Below are positions 1-11,799 of a stretch of DNA of 64,000 nt, piece after piece. The first letter of the stretch is position 1; every line of letters starts with the position of its first letter. The notes under the pieces are model-generated. The model did not search any database, was not told where the DNA came from, and worked only from the letters and a program-made list of their open reading frames with translations. The stretch lies in assembly GCF_036365525.1 (NCBI RefSeq), contig NC_090375.1, forward strand, positions 101,688,922 to 101,752,921, in the 5' to 3' direction. The position numbers and the translations under genes were made by a program. Source of the stretch: Heterodontus francisci. Lineage: Eukaryota.

Positions 1-999
1 GAACAGCCTCCCTGCATCTAACTTGTCTAGTCCTGTTAGAATTTTATAGGTTTCTATGAGATCCCCTCTCATTTTTCTAAACTCTAGTGAATATAAGCCT
101 AGTCGACCCAATCTCTCCTCATATGTCAATCCTGCCATCACAGGAATCAGCCAAGTAAATCTTCTTTGCACTCCCTCCATGGCAAGAACATCCTTCCTCA
201 GATAAGGAGACCAAAACTGCACACAATGCTCCAGATGTGGTCTCACTAAGGCCCTGTATAACTGCAGTAAGACATCCTCGCCCCTGTACTCAAATTCTCT
301 TGCAATGAAGACCAACATACCATTCGCCTTCCTAACTGCTTGCTTCACCTGAATGCTTGTACAAGGACACCCAGGTCTCGTTGCATGTCCCCCTTTCCCA
401 GTCTATCACCATTCAGATAATAATCTGCCTTTCTGTTTTTACAACCAAAGTGGATAATCTCACATTTATCCATGTTATATTGCATCTGCCATGCATTTGC
501 CCACTCAGCCAACTTGTCCAAATCACATTGGAGCCTCTTTGTACCCTCCTCACAACTCACATTCCCCCCAGATTTGTGTCGTCTGCAAACTTGGAAATGT
601 TACATTTAGTTCCCTCACCCAAGTCATTAATATATATTGTGACTAGATGGGGCCCAAGCACTGATCCCTGCGTGACCCCACTAGTCACTGCCTGTCACCT
701 GGAAAAAGACCCATTTATTCCTACTCTCTGTTTCCTGTCTGTCAACCAATTCTCAATCCATGCCAGTATATTACCCCCAATCCCATGTGCTTTAATTTTG
801 CACACTAACCTCTTATGTGGGAAATGATCAAAAGCTTTCTGAAAATCCAAATACACCATATCCACTGGTTCTCCATTATCTATTCTACTAGTTACATCCT
901 CAAAAAACTCCAGTATATTTGTTAAGCATGATTTTCCTTTCATAAACCCATGGTGACTTTGTCCAATCCCGTTTATGCTTTCCAGGTGTTCCACTATCA
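1..999 (-). mobile_element. CR1 LINE, RT/3' part of ORF2 (decayed); same element as 4090-5660
   Basis: ORFs 695..1033 and 345..560 carry CR1 RT motifs (HGFMKGKSCLTN, YLDFQKAFD, WQMQYNMDKC). The protein continues from IKDVIAEH on the far side of the RTE insertion. Confidence 0.93.
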
Positions 1000-3900
1000 T
1001 CTTCTTCTTTGGCCTCCTTGTCTTGAGAGACAATGGGTAAGTGCCTGGAGGTGGTCAGTGGTTTGTGAAGCAGCGCCTGGAGTGGCTATAAAGACCAATT
1101 CTAGAGTGACAGACTCTTCCACAGGTGCTACAGATAAAATTGGTTGTCGGGGTTGTTACACAGTTGGCTCTCCCCTTGCGCTTCTGCCTATTTTCCTGCC
1201 AATTGCTAAGTCTCTTCGATTCACCACACTTTAGCCCTGCCTTTATGGCTGCCTGCCAGCTCTGGCGATCGCTGGCAACTGACTCCCACGACTTGTGGTC
1301 AATGTCACAGGACTACATGTCGCGTTTGCAGATGTCTTTAAAGCGGAGACATGGACGGCCGGTGATTCTGATACCAGTGACAAGCTCGCTGTACAATGTG
1401 TCCTTGGGGATCCTGCCATCTTCCATGCGGCTCACATGACCAAGCCATCTCAAGCGCCGCTGGCTCAGTAGGGTGTATATGTTGGGGATGTTGGCCGCCT
1501 CGAGGACTTCTGCGTTGGAGATACGGTACTGCCACCTGATTCCAAGGATTCTCCGGAGGCAGCGAAGATGGAATGAATTGAGACGTCGCTGTTGGCTGAC
1601 ATATATTGTCCAGGCCTCGCTGCCATAGAGCAAGGTACTGAGGACACAGGCTTGATACACTCGGACTTTTGTGTTCCGTGTCAGTGTGCCATTTTCCCAC
1701 ACTCTGTTGGCCAGTCTGGACATAGCAGTGGAAGCCTTTCCCATGCGCTTGTTGATTTCTGCATCGAGTGACAGGTTACTGGTGATAGTTGAGCCTAGGT
1801 AGGTGAACCCTTGAACCACTTCAAGAGCGTCGTCGCCAATATTGATGGATGGAGCATTTCTGACGTCCTGTCCCATGATGTTCGTTTTCTTGAGGCTGAT
1901 GGTTAGGCCAAATTCGTTGCATGCAGCCGCAATCCTGTCCATGAGTCTCTGCAGACACTCTTCTGTGTGAAATGTTCATGCAGCATCGTCAGCAAAGAGG
2001 AGTTCCCTGATGAGGACTTTCCGTACTTTGGTCTTCACTCTTAGACGGGCAAGGTTGAACAACCTGCCACCTGATCTTGTGTGGAGGAAAATTCCTTCTT
2101 CTGAAGACTTGAACGCATGTGAGAGCAGCAGGGAGAAGAAGATCCCAAACAGTGTAGGTGCGAGAACACAGCCCTGTTTCACGCCACTCAGGATAGGAAA
2201 GGGGTCTGATGAGGAGCCACCATGTTGAATTGTGCCTTTCATATTGTCATGGAATGAGGTGATGATACTTCGTAGCTTTGGTGGACATCCGATCTTTTCT
2301 AGTAGTCTGAAGAGACCACATCTGCTGACGAGGTCAAAGGCTTTGGTGAGATCAATGAAAGCAACGTAGAGGGGCATCTGTTGTTCGCGGCATTTCTCCT
2401 GTAGCTGGCGAAGGGAGAACAGCATGTCAATGGTGGATCTCTCTGCTTGAAAGCCGCACTGTGCCTCAGGGAAGACATGTTCAGCCAGCTTCTGGAGCCT
2501 GTTTTAAAGCAACTCGAGCGAAGACTTTCCCCACTATGCTGAGCAGAGAGATTCCACGGTAGTTGTTGCAGTCACCGCGGTCACCCTTGTTCTTATAGAG
2601 GGAGATGATATTGCAATCGCGCATGTCCTGTGGTACTGCTCCCTCGTCCCAGCACAGGCAAAGCAGTTTGTACAGTGCTGAAAGTATAGCAGGCTTGGCA
2701 CTCTTGATTATTTCAGGGGTAATGCCATCCTTCCCAGGGCTTTTCCGCTGGCTAGAGAATCAATGGCATTACTGAGTTCCGATTTTGTTGGCTGTACGTC
2801 CAGCTCATCCATGAGAGACTGGGCTGCACTGAGGGTGGTCTCAGTGACAACATTTTTCCTGGAGTACAGTTCTAGGTAGTGCTCCACCCAGCAATCCATT
2901 TGCTTGCGTTGGTCAGTGATTGTGTCCCCTGATTTAGATTTGAGGGGGGCGATCTTCTTGATGTTTGACCTAAAAGCTCTCTTAATGCCATCATACGTTC
3001 CTCTGATGTTTCTGCTGTCGGCGGCCAGCTGAATATGACTGCATAGGTGTTGCCAGTAGTCATTTGCGCAGTGCCTGGCTGTTCTTTGTGCAGCGCTTCT
3101 GGCTGCTTTAAGTGCTATGGATGTTAACTCACTGGGGGCTTTCTTGTAGTTCAGCAGTGCAAAGCGCTTAGCGGATATGACAGGTTCCAGCTCTTCAAAG
3201 TGTGATTGAAACCAGTCTGCATTCCGCTTCACACGTTTGCCAAAGGTGGTCATTGCTGAATCATGGATGGCGTCTCTAATGTGGGCCCACTTGGTCTCTG
3301 CATCCCCTGTGGGAGTGTTTTGAAGGGCTTTTTCGAGTGAATTTAGAAACTTACGTAACAGCTGTGGATAAGAAATTCTGCGAGTGTTGATGCGCGGGCG
3401 GCCCTTCTGCTTGGAGTGATGCAGCTTCTTTGGTTTGAGTCTAACCTTGCTGCACACCAGGGAGTGGTCAGTGTCGCAGTCCGCACTGTGGAAGCTGGGT
3501 GTGGTTTGAATGCTGTTTAAAGAGGCTCGCCTTGTGACGAGGAGGTCCAGCTGGTGGCAATGACGTGATCTTGGGTGCCTCCAAGAAACCTGGTGACAGG
3601 GTTTATTGTGAAAGAACAAGTTGGTGATGCAGAGGTTAGGATAGGTACACAACTCAAGGAGTCTCTGTCCATTCTCATTCATCTTTCCAATGCCATAGCA
3701 CCCAAGGCAGGAGGGCCATGTGTCATGGTCGGCCCCAACCCTGGCATTAAAGTCCCCCAGCAGGAACAGGTGTTCGGTATTGGGGATGCTACTAATGATA
3801 TTATGGAGTTCCTCGTAGAACTGGTCTTTAGCTTCAGGTGGGGAGCAGAATGTTGGAGCATAGATGCTGAGTAGGTGTACTGGACCAGAGGCGGTGAACA

Positions 3901-4089
3901 GTCGGATGGACAGTATGCGTTCTGAGCCATTTGAAGGTGGCTCTATCATGCTGAGCAAAGAGTTTATGATGGCGAAGCCCACTCCATGCTGTCTTGGTTC
4001 TTCAGGATCCCTACCCTGCCAGAAGAAGGTGTAGTCTTGCTCTCTTAGAGATCCACTCGTAGGGAGGCATGTCTCCTGAAGTGCTGCAA
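1000..4089 (-). mobile_element. RTE-clade LINE, 5'-truncated, frameshifted APE+RT ORF, (GAA)n tail
   Basis: ORF 2708..3982 has APE motifs (SIYAPT, GDFNARVG, DTDHSLV); 1976..2425 has GVKQGCVLAPTLF and LFADD; 1313..1942 has RRLRWLGHV. Tail TCTTCTTCTT at 1000-1009; 13-bp TSD at 987-999 and 4090-4102. Confidence 0.95.
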
Positions 4090-5660
4090 TGTTCTGCTAT
4101 CACATCCTTAATAATAGACTCTAGCAGTTTCCCCACTACTGATGTAAGGCTAACTGGTCTGTAATTCCCTGTTTTTTCTCTCCCTCCTTTTTTAAATAGT
4201 GGGGTTACATTTGCCACTCTCCAATCTGTAGGAACTGCTGCAGAGTCTATAGAATTTTGGAAGATGACCACCAATGCATCCACTATTTCCACTTCCGTTA
4301 GTACTCTGGGATGTAGATTATCAGGCCCTGGGGATTTGTCAGCCTTTAATCCTATTAATTTCCCTAGCAATATTTTTTTACTCATACTGATTTCCTTCAG
4401 TTATTCCCTCTCATTAGACCCTTGGTTCCCTAACATTTCTGGGAGGTTATTTGTGTCCTCCTTTGTGAAGACAGAACCAAAGTACGTGTTTAATTATTTT
4501 GCCATTTCTTTGTTCCCCATTATAATTTCCCCCATTTCTGACTGTAAGGGACCTACATTTTCCTTCATTAATCTTTTTCTCTTCACATATTTATAGAAGC
4601 TTTTCTAGTCAATTTTTATGTTCCCCGCAGGTTTACTCTCATACTCTTATTTTCCCCCGCTTAATCAACCTCTTTGTCCTCCTTTGCTAAACTGCTCCTA
4701 ATCCTCAGACTTGCTGCTTTTTCTGGCAATTTTATATGCCTCCTCTTTGGATCTAATGCTATCTCTAATTTCTTTTGTAAGACATGTCTGAGCCACCTTT
4801 CCGGTTTTATTTTTGTGCCAGACAGGAATGAATAATTGTTGTAATTCATGCACACGTTCTTTAAATATTATCCATTGCCTACCCATTGTCAACCCTTTTA
4901 GTAAAGTTCCCCAATCTACCGTAGCCAACTCACGCCTCATACCTTCATAGTTTCCTTTATTTAGATTCAGGACTCTAGTTTCAGATTCAACTCTCCATCT
5001 TAATGAAGAATTCTATCATGTTATGGTTGTTCCTCCCCAAGGGACCCGCACAACAAGATTATTAATTAATTCTTTCTCATTGCACAATACCCACTCTCGG
5101 ATAACCTGTTCTCTAGTTGGTTCCTCAACGTATTGGTCTAAAAAACCATCATGAACACACTCCAGGAAATCCTCCCCCACAGTATTATTGCTAATTTGGT
5201 TTGACCAATCTATATGTAGATTAAAATCACCCATGATTACAGTTGTACCCTTATTGCATTATCTCTAATTTCCTGTTTAATGCCATCTCTTACATCTCCA
5301 CTACAGTTTGGGGGCCTATAGACAACCCCCACCAAAGTTTTCTGTCCCTTGGTGTTTCTTAGCTCCACCCATACAGATTTCACATCATGATTTTCCAAGC
5401 CAATATCTTTCCTCACTATTGCATTGATTTGCTCCTTTCTTAACAACGCTACCACTCCTCCTTTCCCTTTTTGCCTGTCCAAACTAAATATTGAATACCC
5501 CTGGATGTTCAGTTCCCATCCTTGGTCACTCTGCAGCCATGTCTCCGTAATCCCAACTATGTCATAACCGTTTATATCTATTTGTGCTGTTAATTCATCT
5601 ACCTTATTGCGAATGCTCCGTGCATTAAGACACGATGCCTTTAGACTTGTCTTTTCAACA
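4090..5660 (-). mobile_element. CR1 LINE, endonuclease/linker part of ORF2 (decayed)
   Basis: ORFs 5237..5773 (CLNARSIRNK, GITETWL, VYRPPN), 5016..5234 (GDFNLHIDW) and 4011..4385 (KSPGPD, NYRPVSLTS). Confidence 0.93.
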
Positions 5661-6412
5661 TTGTTATTGGGAAAGAAAATCAGGTGTGGCATAAAGCCAG
5701 CAGCCAATTCAAACCTAACCCCCGGCTTCAGACTAGGAGGAATCCTGGGGGAACATTGGGGGTGATGGTGCATGAGTGGAAAGTGCAGCTATTGCTGAGA
5801 TTCTTTGGTTATAATTGGATAAGAAAGGAAACCAAGCAATGATAGTTTCAATAGAGCTAGACAATGGAGGAGAGATGTTGGACGAGGGTCATTAATTGAC
5901 TGTGTTGAAGGGCTGCAAAGAGTTTGAGGAAGGATATTGCACTGTAGCCACATAACCGTTTCTGGTTATGGCTCTTTCGGTGCTGTGGGGTACAAACCTG
6001 ATTGGAGAGTTTAAACAGAACTTTGTGGAAGGGGTAGGCACAGATCTGGTAGGTGACATGATGATCTTGATGACTAATAGGTGATTGTCCATCCTAACTA
6101 CCATCAAATCTCCAGAGAAGTCAGGGGTAGATTTTTGAGAAGCAGAGCGATCATGAGTGCAGTTTTGAAAGTTAATGTTCAATTGCCAGGGGACAAATCT
6201 TTTTTTGGCTTAAACTGGGGCCAAGAAAGGAAGTCAGGGAGTCAGGAGTATAGTCGGAATGGGTTTAAGGGCGAAAGTAGTATGTCTCTTGCCTGAGATG
6301 CTGTAGGAACTAAAGGGTGAACAACTGCCAATGTATTATATTAGAATTAAGCTACGTACCTTGTGTTTCAAGTCGTGTTCTTATGTGAAATGTATACTTG
6401 TATACTGTATTG

Positions 6413-7305
6413 TGTTACGATCAGGTGAGAAAGGGGTCTAGAGGTCCCTCTCAGCCTTCACCTGGTCTTACCATAACAGTGTTTAATTTTTAAACACACC
6501 GTGTTTTTAGCTCCTCCTTGGTGAATCCTTGTTCACCGCTTTCCAATTATAAGGCAAAGAAACTAGCACAGACAGGTTTTCTTAGGTTTAGAGAAGAAAA
6601 GTTGAAATTTATTAAACTTAAACTGTATTTTGGTTGACGCCTATGCATACACGAAACGTCCACGCGAGCATGCATGCAAATAGAGACAGAAAAGAGCAGA
6701 AGAAAAATAAAGTGGAAAAGTTTGAGGCAATATCTGAAGAATTTTTGTAATGGTTCTTCGAGCTCACTGTAGAGTCCTTGATTGGAGGTAGATCTTGCTT
6801 TTCGTCGGGGCCCAGTATTCTTCTTAAACCTTGTACACTGTAGGAGACTTTTCTCTCTTAGGATTCATGTGTCTTCAGTAGATTCAGAGGCTTGTGAGAA
6901 AGTGATGGGAGCAGACAGGAGAGATCTTCTCAGTCCAGGAGCAAACAGTCTTTCTCAGTTCAAACTCTCTGTGGCTAGTTCAAAGGACCCTGGAACAGCC
7001 AGTTAGTCACGTGGCCAGCTGGTCCAACCAGTCCTGGCCCTCTAGATTGTATCACCCCAACAGGCCCTGGAATGCACTACCCCACCCCCTCTCTGTCCTG
7101 TGATCAACATCCATTGTGGGTTGAATGTGTCAAGGAATGGTCCTTTGTCTACACAAGCACCATCTGTTAGTATGCAAATGTTTTTTGCCAGCCAAGGCTG
7201 ATCTGTTCAACAAGTCATTTTCTTGCTTCAGCAACAGTTCTAAATCAATGTTCATATGACAAAACCAATGTGCCTCATTCTTGGCAGATGGGGGGCTGCA
7301 TGACA
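6413..7305 (-). mobile_element. Solo LTR (Gypsy-like), 893 bp
   Basis: TGT...ACA termini; exact 4-bp TSD ATTG (6409-6412 and 7306-7309); minus-strand AATAAA at 6608-6613, about 195 bp from its 3' end. Confidence 0.8.
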
Positions 7306-7356
7306 ATTGGAGAGATGGTGAAAGACTGCAGCAACAATAACAGAAGTGGCTTTTGC

Positions 7357-7938
7357 TGTGAGACAGGATGTCCTGATAATTGCCCTTCTGCATTTCAATT
7401 AAGACAGATTCAGAGTATCAATAAGTGATAGACTTGTAGGCCTCATGGGGATGGAAATGCAAGTAAAGATATTCGGAGACCATTCATGACTGGAATGTTG
7501 ATGGGGATAGCAATCATTCCTCATTGTGTGACAATGACTTAGGGCATCAAAGCATCTGTAGAGACAATGTATAGAAGGTGAGGTCATATCTGACCAATCA
7601 AAAGGGTTAAAGTGGAATGTAACCTAATATGGAATGAAGGCACCCTTGGAGGGGGTATAAAAGAAGGGTGCTGAGAGACATTGGGGTGAAAAGATTTGAT
7701 GAAGAGACCATACTACAGTCAACAGAACACAGAGAGAAGACTACGCCACAGCTGCTCAGGAGGCAAGAACCGAGGACACTCTGCACGCTGCTGTATAACT
7801 ACTACCGTTGGTTAGGTATTGCTTGTAAATCCTTGCTATGCTTAATAAACTCTCTATCCTGATTTAAGAATACCAGAGTCTGTACCCTGTGGGTCAAAGG
7901 CCAGTCAACGTTCTGCCCAAACACACAACAATCTTACA
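7357..7938 (+). mobile_element. Solo LTR, 582 bp
   Basis: Inverted termini TGTGAGAC...ATCTTACA; flanks TTGC/ATGC match at 3 of 4 bases; CCAAT 7594, TATAAAAG 7656 and AATAAA 7844 are in canonical LTR order. Confidence 0.7.
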
Positions 7939-8181
7939 ATGCACTTGGAGAGGATGGGACAATGGGAGACACTAGAGGGACATGAATAATCAGATCTACC
8001 TTGATGATGAAAAAATCCATAATCCCTTTGCAATTGTTGTTTGAGAGGCCGGCAGAGGGGCTTCGAAAAGAGGTTGATAGTAGAGAAGAGGAATCTGTGT
8101 TTACCTTTATTAGAATGATTCTCTATTAGTGGGCTGTTTTGGCAGAGGAGAGCTAGGTCAGGTAGAACTTGATGTGGTCCG

Positions 8182-8405
8182 TGTCTCTCAGCACCCTTCT
8201 TTTATATCCCCTCCAAGGGTGCCTTCATTCCATATTAGGTTACATTCCACCTTAACCCTTTCGATTGGTCATATATGACCTCACCTTCTATACATTGTCT
8301 CTACAGGTGCTTTGATGGCCTAAGTCATTGTCACACAATGAGAAATGATTGCTATCCCCATCAACATTCCAGTCATGAATGGTCTCCAAATATCTTTACT
8401 TGCAT
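8182..8405 (-). repeat. Inverted duplicate of 7457-7680 (LTR promoter segment)
   Basis: 224-bp reverse-complement match with about 8 mismatches by eye. Confidence 0.95.
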
Positions 8406-9486
8406 GGATGCCTAAACCAGTTACGCATCAAGTATGCTCAAGTTTGTGCTCTTTGAAATTAAGAAAGTGAAGGTGGTGGCCCTACCAGAGGAATGACTGT
8501 ATATGGAGATGGTTAAAGTTTTGCTGGGGACAAAGAAATGCAGTGGTAGTATTATGAATGAAAAGTTAAAGGCTCATCATTATGGAGTTTGAGTATGCAG
8601 TTATAAGTGACATGGGGAGAATTTTCTCCTGGAGCTAATACAGAAGGAAGCAATGTTGAAAGAGGGTAGGGGGATATGGGTAGTGAGGCATACAAGGAAG
8701 TGGTCATGGCCTTGTCAGTGATTGAAACCATGATAGTGGAGAGCTCACAGAAAATGGTGACGTCAAGGAATAGGTATGAAAATGGATAGGCAAGTTTATA
8801 TGGACGGAGAAGTTTAGAGAGGACAAGAGGGCAGTGAACTCAAAGGAGGGAGTGCACAGGAAGCTGAGATGGCAATTGAAAACCCCACGGATGAGGAATT
8901 GCTTGATGCATTCACAGAGGTAGGAAGAAAGGAGGACATCTCAGGGAGAATCTCATGGCTGTGCTTGGATGGGCAGTAGACAATAAGGATTTTAAAGAGG
9001 CAAGAAGGGTGGAACTCGTTGAGGAGGTTGAAGGAGGATAAGGTGTCAGAGAATACAGAGCAAGTCCGAAGTGTGACTTGCTGATGGGGCCTCGATGGGT
9101 TTTGCACATAACTTGAAAGAAAGTTAATTTCTGAGGTATTGTTGATAACAATATGATGAAGCTGGTCAAATATGTTAAATGAGTGGAAGCTGTGGCAAAG
9201 AGGAGAGCTAGGCCAGGTAGAACTTGATGTGGGATAATCTGAGACTTTTGTGCTGGTGTGTCAAAAGCATAACATTAGAATTTCAGCGGTACTAAGTAAC
9301 CTGAAACTACATTGTTAAACTTTGATACTGTTAATATTCAGACTGGTATTCGCCAAGTAACTCAGGAGATTATAGATTAATTTCCCACATTAATGCAACA
9401 ACCAAAGTGCCATGTTTTTCTGATTAGTTTACTGAGAAGAAATCTAATGCAGACATCTACACAGCAGTTTATTTCAAGTAGTATAT

Positions 9487-9857
9487 GTTTGGTCTAGTGA
9501 TAGTATTCCTGCTTTGGAGCCAGGGGATCCTGCGTTCAAGGCACAGTCTGATAATTTGAGCTCATTGTCCAGGCGGATACATCAGTGCTATATTGTTGCA
9601 AGTGTCATTTTTCAGATGAGATGTTAAACTGAAGTCACATCGGTTTGTTCAGGTGGATGCAAAGGATCCCATGGCACGATTTGAAGACGACCAGGGGAGG
9701 TGACTGGAATATTTATTCCTCTATCAACACCTCCAAAGGTAGACCAATAACTGTTTGTAGACCTTGCCAAGTCCAAATTGGCTGTCGCATTGGCCTAAAA
9801 AGGACTTCAGGATGGACTGAGAATGTGAACAATGCTATGTAATTACAAATTCTTTCA
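9487..9857 (+). mobile_element. Decayed DeuSINE (SacSINE1-like)
   Basis: tRNA-like head (TGGTCTAGTGA...GTTCAAG), core GAGATGTTAAAC...CAGGTGGATGCAAAGGATCCCATGGCAC resembling the Deu domain as I recall it, and an L2-type tail remnant. Confidence 0.6.
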
Positions 9858-10038
9858 CTCACTGTCTTCCAAAATGACTTACTCATGTGGCCCCTGTGCA
9901 AAAGTTACAAAACCAGCTGAGTGATCTCTAGTGATATCAGTATATAATTTGACTAAAAATCATTTTGTTCTATAACATTAAGTTTATTAGTTTATAGATT
10001 AAAAGCTGCATTGACATATTTATAGGCTGTTAACATAA

Positions 10039-10890
10039 GGGATGGAATTTTATGCTCTCCCCCGCAGTGGGTACGGAGGCAGAGAGAGCTTAAAATTGGG
10101 TGGGATGGTGGTGGGGAGGAGACCCCGCCACCATCCCGCCTCTACCGAAATTTAGTCTGGAGTGGGAAGGCCTGTGAATGGCTTTCCTGCACTGCCACCA
10201 ATTGAGGTTCTTAACTGTGTAATTAACTCCTAAGTAAAAACCTCTTCCCACCACAGCCACAATTACCCATGCGGCAGGCGGCCCTGTCGCCACATGGGAA
10301 GCACAGCACAAAAAACCGTGCGGGCTGCTTCCCAGCTGTGATGGAGGTGGTCCCTCGTTCAAAGGCACTTAGTGCCTAGTGCCTGTGTGAGGGACCTGGC
10401 ATTGGGAAGTGTGGGGACGGCCCACTGACAGCCACCACCCTACCCTTGGTGCTGACACGTCTACATCCCTCCCCCACGACCCCCACCCTTGAGACCCCCT
10501 CCCGCCCTGATCTACCTTGAGCCCGGTTCCAGCGCCACTCTTCAGCCTCCGCAATGGAGCTGCAGCTGCCAGCCTCTGATTGGCCAGCAGCTCTGCAAGT
10601 CCGAGACCTCTGGCGGCGGGGTCCTAAATCATACAGAAGGCCTGATGCTGTCCAGTTAAGTGCATGATCGGCACTATATTTGGCTGGCCTTCCATACATG
10701 AGCTGACATGGAGATTATGACAAGTAAACTCCTGTCTGAAACAGCCAGCGGCCTGGGAGTCATTGTGAAGGCTTCAAATAAAATGGCAGAGGAAGGAATG
10801 AGTGCAAGAATGGGACATAAGTTCAATGCCATGATTTTAAGAGCCTAACAATCCTGATGTCGCCTAATGAAGGCTTTGAAAATCAGCCCC
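10039..10890. mobile_element. GC-rich non-autonomous Harbinger-type element (MITE)
   Basis: Degenerate TIRs GGGATGGAATTTT / GAAAATCAGCCCC, flanked by TAA and TAT. Internal sequence is related to 13820-14220, 49970-50600 and 52991-53732. Confidence 0.55.
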
Positions 10891-10934
10891 TATTTTTAAT
10901 ATTAAATGACATTCTTTGTTCTGTGAATTGACCC

Positions 10935-11290
10935 TCGATAACTAGCACAGGTAGATTGGAAAAGGAGATTGCAGGGTAAAGCAGTAAGGGAGCAATGGAG
11001 GGCATTCAAGGAAGAGATAGTTCAGGTGAAAACTAAGCACAGTCCTTTGAAGGGAAAAGGTAGAGCATCCAAAGCTAATGCACCCTGGATGACAAAGAAT
11101 TAAAAGTTAAAATAAAACAGGAAAAGAAGGTTTTTGATAAATGTCATGAGCAGGATTCAGTTAACAACTAAGACGGTTATGGAAAATACAGAATTGAAAT
11201 AGTTAATACGGGAGGTAACGAGAGGTTACAAGAAAAGATTAGCAGGCAATATGAAACTGAACCCTAAAACATTTTATAAACAAACAAGAT
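10935..11290 (+). mobile_element. Old CR1 ORF2 linker fragment
   Basis: Translates in pieces to EQWRAFKEEIVQ, APWMTK and NPKTFYK, typical of the CR1 linker region. Confidence 0.65.
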
Positions 11291-11799
11291 ACCAAACTTG
11301 GACACCTATAGTGCCCTGTTACCTGTAGTTTTGTCACTACATGCGTGGTTAAAGTACCAAAATGGCATCTGTACCATGCATACACTTCTGGCATGGCCCA
11401 TGCCAAATGCTATCTTGGTGAGGATATTAGGGCAGGCATTAAGAGTGTGCGCCAGAAGTATGCAGAGCCAGCAAATCGTGATGTCAGCCTATCCCACCTG
11501 TGGTAAGATTGCTTGGCAACGGGGAGGTGATGGGCCCTCTGCCACCTCACGGTTCTACATGCCCTCCCTGCCCACCTCCGACTCCGCCTCAGGGGGGCCC
11601 ATATAATCCCGCACAATGGGTCATCAATTACTCTCATGTTAGTTGCTGATGAATTTCTATTGGCTCTGTTTGAGTGTGTAGAAGTGCTTGGTGGTTTCCA
11701 GAGTTGCTCAACATTGGTGAGGTCAACGGGGAGTGGTAATGCACGTGGAGAATGCCTTGGTTCTCACTTCAAGAGCTTTGATCAGACCACTTGCTCCCA

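Larger units (their letters stand above)
5790..9232 (-). mobile_element. Ancient L2-like LINE relic, interrupted by two LTRs and an inverted duplication
   Basis: Minus-strand peptide remnants resemble L2 ORF2: FLFSTINLFSKP near 8060-8100 and KILIVYCPSKH...EMSSFL in ORF 8814..9107. Heavily decayed, boundaries approximate. Confidence 0.5.

Noticed and set aside
357-827. Recurrent antisense ORFs over CR1 RT regions (also 22730..23149 and 36969..37391)
   Set aside because: Shadow frames produced by CR1 codon usage; no independent evidence of function.
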